From contig CM041465.1 in the NCBI GenBank assembly GCA_023213395.1, forward strand, positions 195,059,741 to 195,123,740: a DNA stretch of 64,000 nucleotides, read 5' to 3'. The position numbers and the translations under genes were made by a program. This DNA is from Cycas panzhihuaensis. Taxonomy: Eukaryota; Plantae; Cycadophyta. Shown piece by piece: positions 56,406 to 64,000 of the stretch. Under the pieces are notes generated by a model. The model was not told where the DNA came from. It made no database searches and saw only the letters and a list, made by a program, of their open reading frames with translations. How positions within the stretch are numbered: position 1 is the stretch's first letter; every line of letters begins with the position of its first letter.

Positions 56406-58012
56406 GTAAGCCTTGCCCTTAGTTTCTTCCTCTTCCTCTAGAGGATTGGTCCCTTCTCCTAGAACTTTATCTTTAAAAATTTTGTCTTATTCATGCCTTA
56501 GTGGCAAAGGCATGCTCAAGTGACTCATTGTCCCCTATTCTTTTCTTCAACAGCTAGGAGCATATCACTTAGTTGATTAATTCAAAGAGTATTAAAGTAT
56601 TTAGATACCTCAATACTAGTTTCCACCATTTCAAATCTCTTAATTTCTCTAACACATTTGAAAATCATTTCCATAATTCTTTGTTAACTTAACACTTCAC
56701 CTAAGGATCTCATTTGATTCACCAAGTCTTTCACCTTGGTGATGAACTCATTTACTCCTTCCCTAGGTGTCATCCTTAGATTTTTAAATTTACTTCTAAG
56801 TGTTTGTAACTTAGAGGATGTTTCTCCTTCATAAATCATCTTAAAGGTATCTCAAGCTTCCTTAGATGTTGTAGCTTCACTTACTTTAGGAAAAATATGA
56901 TCCTCTAAAGCATAGAATATAAGTGTTAATACCTCATTGTCCCTTTTGGCATTCTCCTTATAATTTTTTTTTCTATCATCGGTAGAAGTATTGTTGATTT
57001 CTTTATATCTCTTATTAACAAGCTCCCACATGTCTTTTGTAATGAAAATAGGCCTCATACGCCTACTCTAATTAAGAAAATTCGATCCATCGAACTTAGG
57101 TATAATAATATTCCCAAGATTTGTTACCATTATGAAAAGAGAAATGCCTTGAAAAATGTAACCCAAAAAATATAAATATACTTGTGTCCTATCTACTTAA
57201 GGGGCTACTATTCTAGAATTCTAAGTTTTAGGATCTTCAAAGAAGTTTTTGGTTACTATCCTATCTAGTGGTGACTACCCACAAGTGATAAACCAAGGAC
57301 CCTATATACCGGTACATGAGTTTAACACTATATATACCTTAGTATGTGAGCTACTAAGAAGGTCAAAAACCCTTCTTATTTATAGATCCACCTACGTTAG
57401 ACTTATGCCTAACGACAGATCTAGCGGTGAGAACTTAAACAACCAAGGCATTCACCCCCTTTGGGTCTAGCCTAGTCTTTAATCATCAAAGAAAAATTTT
57501 CCACCTCAACTTGCCACCTAATACACCTTATAGCTAATGGTTTTCTCAATAAATTAGAGAAATATCAAAGGTGTGTATAGAGTGGCAACTTTAGGGGTCC
57601 TAATTGTTCCCCTTACAAGGCTGGTATAGATGTTGTAAGTTGGGGATTATCTTAATTAATGTTCCAAGTTAAAGGTGATTTTTAAGTGATCTCAATTACA
57701 AGTAATGTTCCTTTTAAAGAAAGAAAGCTAAAAATTGAAAGAAAATGAAAGGAAATAAAATGAAAAAGAAGGTTTAGAAAACTCTTTTGGAATACTTAAT
57801 CCAAGAAGAATCACCTCAACCTTTAAGGAGTACACCTACAAAAAAAATCAACCACAAGTACTTATAAGTCAAAAAAATAGATTACGATAGCTAACAAATG
57901 TTCAACAGCATGATGTAGCATCAATAAATCTTGAAAGAAACTAAAATCAGGTCTTCAAATTATAAGAAAAGGTTTAAAAAATGTCAAATAAATAGTCTAA
58001 GTTTAGTAGCTT

Positions 58013-58119
58013 ATAACTCCTACAAAACATGCTCAAATTGGCTCTAAACTATATCCCTTTAAGTTAGCTTTCCAACGGTTCAAACGACACCTGATTTTGA
58101 CTCTTTATTGAAAAGTTAT
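58013..58119 (-). promoter_or_regulatory. Conserved spaced, dyad-like leader motif, copy 4
   Basis: Minus strand ATAACT-N12-GTCAAAA-N17-CGTTGGAAAGCT. Bounded by inverted ATAACT (58013) and AGTTAT (58114). Confidence 0.6.
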
Positions 58120-59404
58120 ATAGGAAACAGTTATAGGTATTCTTGTAGGCTAGAAAAACATGAGGATTAGGCTTAAGCCCCCTTGAATCTTGGCCCCTAG
58201 TCACAAATCTGACATATGTGACCACCTGTTGTGACGACTAAGGGGCTGCAGACTTCAAATCATAATCAAATATAGCCTAATCCTTTTACAAATGCAAGAA
58301 TAATAAAAAACAACATATCAAATTTGAATTCCGCCCCTTTATGCTAAAAGTGAGGTCGTATGTGACCAAAACAAAGGGCTAATAGACCAAATTTTAACCA
58401 AAGATCAAATTCAACTTAATTTCACTAAATTTTATCAAAAATAATGTTAATAAAGGTAAAAAAATCAAATGGTAAAGTTACCATGAATCTTCACAGCCTG
58501 CACATGGACTTCGTGTGACTTTGGGCAGCCCATTAAATGGAACGAAGCTTAGATCTCTTCAGATATCAATTGTGCTTGTTGGGAATCACATATGTAGCCT
58601 ATGTCACCCTCTTCTGATGAGATTTAGAGCTCCAATGAAGAGAAATAATGTCAAACAAAATTATTAAAGCTCGTGGAGGTCAAACGGATATCTAGGGCTG
58701 CAAATAGGCAAATAAACTCAAAAGACTTCATGAAGATGCCTGCAATAGGATCTTGGCGCCACTAGAGAACTATTGCAACTAATAGAACTTTGTTTAGATG
58801 AGAGATATAGCTGCCACAAATAAACTAAGGTTGAAAAAAAGGCCAAATTGGAGCTTTTGAACCAAAAACAAAATCGTGAGTTGCATGGTCTACAACAGGC
58901 TTGAAACTTAACAAATATACATTAATACAAACTCACAAACACCAAAAGTAGAGTTAGATTGATTGAGTGCTATCAGATATTAAGAAAAATATAAACATGA
59001 GAATGGGGTGCCGTCATGAACAAATGGGCCTTCATTTCTCACTTGTTTCTCAAAAAAGAAAAACCAAACAAAGATATATATGTAATATAAATCAAATATT
59101 TATCACTACGTGCTTCGTAACGTGCTTTAATAGCAAATGATAGATAAACGGGAGTCAGAGGAAGTGAAATATTATAGCAAAGGATAATATTAAATAAAAT
59201 TCTAGCATAATGACCATGTTAAAGAACACAGGGTCTTACGGACCCTTGTATAAATAGGTAGGAATTGAATGGGAGTTGAACGTCTACCACTGACTAGTGT
59301 TTAAAAACATTATTAATAAAACCTATCACATGGTTAGGTCAGCTTTACAAAGTCTTATGCCATCGCACCCACCATATACCATTATCAAGCCAAATGGGAA
59401 TTAT

Positions 59405-59721
59405 CCAATAATAATGAGAGTGAAAAGGCCAAGGCTTGAAGTAAAATATTCAATGAAGACACCCAGAGATAGTCCATTCATGTGCTGACAACTTGGCAGC
59501 TTAATGAGCACATGTATGGAGAATTTCAAGGACTTAACAAACAAGACATGAGTGATGAACTTGGAAAGGAGAAGGTGTATCAATGGCATCATAGTTATGA
59601 TATTCCTCCTCTAAATAGTAAGAGCCTTGAAATATGTGCAAAACATGTTGTTGCCTACTTTAAAGAATAAATTGAGCCTCAACTTCTTTGTGGGAAAAAT
59701 GTGTTGATTATTACTCATAGC
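59405..59721 (+). pseudogene. gpmA: Intronless fragment of a 2,3-bisphosphoglycerate-dependent phosphoglycerate mutase (histidine phosphatase family)
   Basis: NESEKAKA*SKIFNEDTQR*SIHVLTTWQLNEHMYGEFQGLNKQDMSDELGKEKVYQWHHSYDIPPLNSKSLEICAKHVVAYFKE*IEPQLLCGKNVLIITHS. Matches the dPGM pattern WQLNERMYGELQGLNK..WRRSYDIPPP.GESLE..GKNV.I.AHGN; three in-frame stops. Confidence 0.93.
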
Positions 59722-59946
59722 ATTTACAATTGACAGTGAAATTGTTGGGTGAAAATTTTAGCTTTTACAAAGTTTAATTTGAATTAAATAAAATTGAATT
59801 GTGGTTTGAAATCTTCTCTACCCCCAAGTGAGATGGTAATTGGTTACATGGACCCTAGCACATGACCAGTGGCTAAATGAATAAAGTGTTAATGATGTTT
59901 TTAATATGATTTTAATTTTTTATGAGGCACTATCACTTTTTTGAAT

Positions 59947-60064
59947 ATAAGTTTGTCATTTGGAGTCAGATTTAAGTGTCGTCAATTATGTTGGAAAGAG
60001 GATTCAGAGACGAATGCACCGACTAGTCATATGACATATTTAGGAGATTGCTTTATGGAGAACC
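59947..60064 (+). promoter_or_regulatory. Conserved spaced, dyad-like leader motif, copy 5
   Basis: ATAAGT-N12-GTCAGAT-N17-TGTTGGAAAG; right arm gtcatatgacatatttaggag..atggaga aligns without gaps to copy 1. Confidence 0.6.
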
Positions 60065-63000
60065 ATTGAGTTAAAAGTGAAAATTATTTTATGAGAGAGT
60101 TATTTAATAAATTTCATAAGTCACATCTTATGTTTTTTTTGCCAATTATTGGTACTTGTAAGCTGCATGGCAATTGCATGATTGTTTTAGGATAGTAGGT
60201 TGTGTGGCATCTTGAAGGGATCATTTAAGAGGCTTCAAGGATCATTGGAGATCTTGGAGATCTCAAAGTTTAAAACTCCAAACTATGATAGTGAAAGGCT
60301 TAAAGAGAGTAGTGTTTGAGGCTTCAAGTAGAATTGTCTGTTGATGAACTTGGAAAAAGGATTTAGGTAGAGAAGTTATTGTTGAATCCCATTTACAAGA
60401 AGTGGGATCCACTTTATACACTTACACTCAACTCATTTGGCTGGCCAAGTAGTTCAACCTATTCCCAAGATAGTATTGATAAATACTAACAGAATTATAT
60501 ATCCAAAGTAGTTTCTTATAGAATTGGCAGTTACAGCAGTTGGTTACCTATGCAATCTGATAGATGAAGCTTGCTTTATATAAATGTATGCAAGAATTAG
60601 TTAGTGCATCTTTGAGATATAGCTTATACAAAGGGGAGATTCCAGCATAGTTGGAGAAAGTAGATGGTGCTTATCTTATTTATAGAAAATTAATTATTCT
60701 TGACTTAGTGAAAGGGTATTACTCCTAATGTGTGTTGATGTGACATTAGTAATTAAACATTATGGGGAGGTGTTAGAAGTAATGTTTAATGTGGTGTGTT
60801 GAGGAATATTAGGAGACTCATTTAACTTATTTATTTAATATTCAATTAGTGTCATTAAGGTGTGTGCACGTACACACTTATCCATGTATCACCTTAGTGG
60901 TAGTTATAGCAATTCTCATGTATGATTGAACAATCGTGAGGTGACTATAAGTATGTATCCGTACCTATTACAATAATTCAAGATCATCATTTCCCATAAG
61001 CTTTATTATCTTTATGTGTTTATTCATACCTCATTCTTTCATTTATTTATTGTTTACAACTTTTATCACCTCATGCATTTGTGTTTTTCAACAAGGTGGA
61101 TATGACTAACAAAGTTAATCCCCCACTTATCAAATGGCTCAACAACAATTAGATTTAGGGGCATCTACGAGGTCTTAGAAGGTTTCTTAGTCTTTTAACA
61201 TGAATCACACCTACAAATATATGACTTCACATCTTTATGTAATGAAAGCCAAACAATGGCCCATGTTCAAGATTTTATATATTATATATTTTGCTAAAAA
61301 ACGGCTTCTACAGGACTCATTATGTGCTGCTCTCAAGATATTGAAACATTCATCCTCTCGCACACACCTATGAAGAATGTTATTGAATCCAACCTTATAC
61401 AAATTCTCCTCAAGCCAAGTGTATGATGAACTAATTCTTTCTAATCTTTGCCATTAGTTCTTCAAAAATTAAGGTGGAATTACCCCAACATCCATGTAAT
61501 TTACAATATCAACAAACCATGATGTGTGTAGAGATTATGAACAAATGCTCATCTAGAAAAGAATCTTCCATTGGAGCACTGCCATCTAAGCTTCATACAA
61601 ACCTAGATAAGTGATCAATAATGATGTTTGCTTTTCCTAGCTTATCCACTATCAGAACATAAAAATCTTGTAATAATAATGATCAATAAACAAGTAATGA
61701 ATTGTTAGTGGCTTTATTCATGAAATACATAAAAATAGCATGATCATTGTAGACTACAAACTAAAAGCTACAAACATAATGCCAAAATTTATTCAATGCA
61801 AAAATGGCAACCAAACCTTCCTTATTTGTTACTGTGTAGTTGATCTCTACTCCATGAAATAACTTACTACTAAAATAGATGGGATGTTCCTTCCCAACAT
61901 TAAATTGTTACAACACTACTCCTAAAGTTGTATCTAAGGTGTCTATATATATATATGAAATGCCTTGCTCTAATCAAGCCCTCAAACTATAAGAGCTTGC
62001 ATCAATAGTCATTTCAAATTCTTAAACTCTCTCATGCATGCATCGTTCCACTCAAAAGGAACATCTTTTTAAAGCCAACTATGTAAAGGAGAAACTATTT
62101 TGCTAGAATCTTTAATAAAAAATTTATAATAGCCTACATGCCCTAGAAATCCTCTTAATTCATTAAGTATTTTAGGTAAAGGAAGTTGTTAAATTGCCTT
62201 GATTTTTCTTGGATCAATTCTAGTTCCCATTTCTAAAATGATATGCTCTAATACAAGGCCTTTTTATACCATCAGCTTGCTTTTGTCACTACTTAAACAA
62301 AGATTTGTTTGCTTGCACCTTTGGAATATTTGAACTAATCTTTCAATTTCCTCCTCTAATGTGTCAACATAGATTGAAAATTCATCCATGGAAACTTCAA
62401 GAAACTCATGGATAAAGTTAAAGAATATACCAATTACTGGCCATTAAAAAATTGATGGTATATTACAAATTCCAAAAGGTAGCAGTTTGTATGTAAAGGT
62501 CACCCATGAGCATGTAAAATTGGTTTTATCTTGGTCCTATGGGGCGATTAGTATCTAGTTATAACAAAAATACCCTTCAAGGAAAGAAAATTATTTTTTT
62601 CTTACAAGTTTATCCAACAGCTGATTGATAAAAGGAATAGGAAAATTATTTTTCCTCATTGCCTTATTCAATTATCTATAGTGATAATAAATTCTCAGCT
62701 TTCCTCCTTTTTGGGGGACCACCACCAAAGGAGAAACCTATTTATTATTAAAAATGAGATAAATAAATTAGGTATCCAACAACTTCTTCAACTCTTCTTT
62801 GATGAATTATAGCTTGTTTAGATTAAGTCACCTTTATTGTTGTCTCACTAGAAAATTGCCATCTTCCATAAAGATATAATGCTAACACAATGAAGGATTA
62901 TTTCCCTTCAAATCCTCATACAACCAAGTAAACACATCCAAAAATGGGGTGAGTGCATTTCATATCCTTGTTCTTCCTTTATGCACCCAATTCCAATGTG

Positions 63001-64000
63001 TAATGTTTTATTTTCTATGGAAACCATTAGGCATGTCTTTATCTCCTCATTATCATTCTTAATCATAACCTCTATTTCTGTTTCAATGGTGCACAGAGAT
63101 ACAACTTCTTTGCTAACTCTAATTGCTTGGCTATTAATGTCTAGTACATCAAATGCTTCCTACCCTACTTCTACATCTATCTAAGCCAACAATGTTTCTA
63201 TCTACTCACCCATGCTCGAGTGTTGCACATCGTATCTACGTCATTATATTTTATTATTAGAAACTTGTATCCATCAAGGTCTTCATCTTCATCATCAAAA
63301 TCAACCCATTCCAATTCCTTATGATCTTGTGTTACCTCTAATATTACTGGAGGTGCTACTGCAAAAAGAGACAATTCATGTATGTTCACCATTGCTTATT
63401 ATCATTTTTCCTAATCAAGATGCAATCATTGCATTAGTTATTGTAGACTAAAGTCAACCCAAAATGATTAGGTAAACCTTCAACATCCTCCTTAGGTTGG
63501 ACTACCATAAAGTACATTAGAAAATTCTAGTTGCAAACTTGGACAAAAATGTTCATTAAAAACCATTACCATGCAAAGCACTGTATGGGTTGGTCACATA
63601 CCTTTGAGGTTGAGATATTGCATTGTTCCCAATGTCATCAAATGCATTCCCACTCCTAAATCAACTAGTGTTTGTTTTAATTTGATCCCTTCAATTATGA
63701 TGTCGACCTCTCGGCTACCTAAATCACCATATTTCACTGATGACTTCTTACCTTGAATTACATTAGCTATCATCCCAACCAAAGTAATTGACTTTAGTTC
63801 CTACTTCTTTTTGTTCTTCAAGCCCAAGCATAGATCCTTCACATACTTTGCATAGATTGGGGTATCTGAAATGGCCTAAAGAAATTGCATACAAATTTAT
63901 ACATTCTCAAGTCCTTACTTAAAATCATAGGAATTAAGGTTCCTACTAGATTTCTTGATTCAATTGGGCAAGATATGGCACATGCTTATCTATCATGGTC

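Larger units (their letters stand above)
55256..59407 (-). mobile_element. Copia G, 3'-truncated (5' LTR ~59138-59407, 2-kb leader, gag, protease, start of integrase)
   Basis: gag start MVTNLGNIIIPKFDGSNF at 57130. CX2CX4H knuckle at ~56150, WYIDSRCSTHIT protease, WHKRFSHVN. PBS-like rc gctttaatagca at 59124-59135. Only one LTR is present, so its bounds are tentative. Confidence 0.85.
59405..61093 (+). mobile_element. 3' part of non-coding LTR element H (3' LTR 60771-61093)
   Basis: PPT tggggagg at 60763-60770; TG..CA; Gypsy F integrase resumes at 61094. The 5' LTR is missing. Confidence 0.7.
51436..64000 (-). mobile_element. Non-chromovirus (Athila-like) Gypsy F, runs off the window end
   Basis: 3' LTR 51436-52210 (TG..CA) with PPT rc tttcccccta. 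Integrase core 54540-55255 joins 61094 (EPFDKWGINFVSHIH / KGRHHILVYIDYVTKW). RNase H and RT at 61500-63000; protease LVDLG at 63594..63782. Confidence 0.88.

Overview
AT-rich plant heterochromatin made almost entirely of nested, mostly decayed LTR retrotransposons. The element types and heavy C>T/G>A decay suggest a gymnosperm (inference). I found no intact host gene. Layout by LTR pairs, target-site duplications (TSD), primer-binding sites (PBS), polypurine tracts (PPT) and split reading frames: (1) Gypsy pol remnant 1-11797, interrupted by a full-length Copia (A, 403-7836, minus) and a very young non-coding 2.65-kb LTR element with identical LTRs (7969-10619). (2) Chromovirus remnant ~11820-13977. 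(3) Non-chromovirus Gypsy ~14100-40180 with an extra 3' ORF. Its integrase is split by Copia C (17567-~34703), which holds Copia B (18583-32583), which holds two gag-only elements (22288-25970, 28101-32496). (4) Copia D 40869-~46015. (5) Copia E ~46715-51435, cut by Gypsy F (51436->64000, minus). F's integrase is split by element H (3' LTR 60771-61093), whose apparent interior carries truncated Copia G and an intronless phosphoglycerate-mutase gene fragment. Top observation: a fixed-spacing, partly dyad-symmetric motif (ATAACT-N12-GTCMGAT-N17-CGTTGGAA) recurs in five unrelated LTR elements, Copia- and Gypsy-type. It is always in element-sense orientation and ~1.0-1.3 kb downstream of the PBS in the four where this is measurable. 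All alignments were done by eye; no database searches were run.
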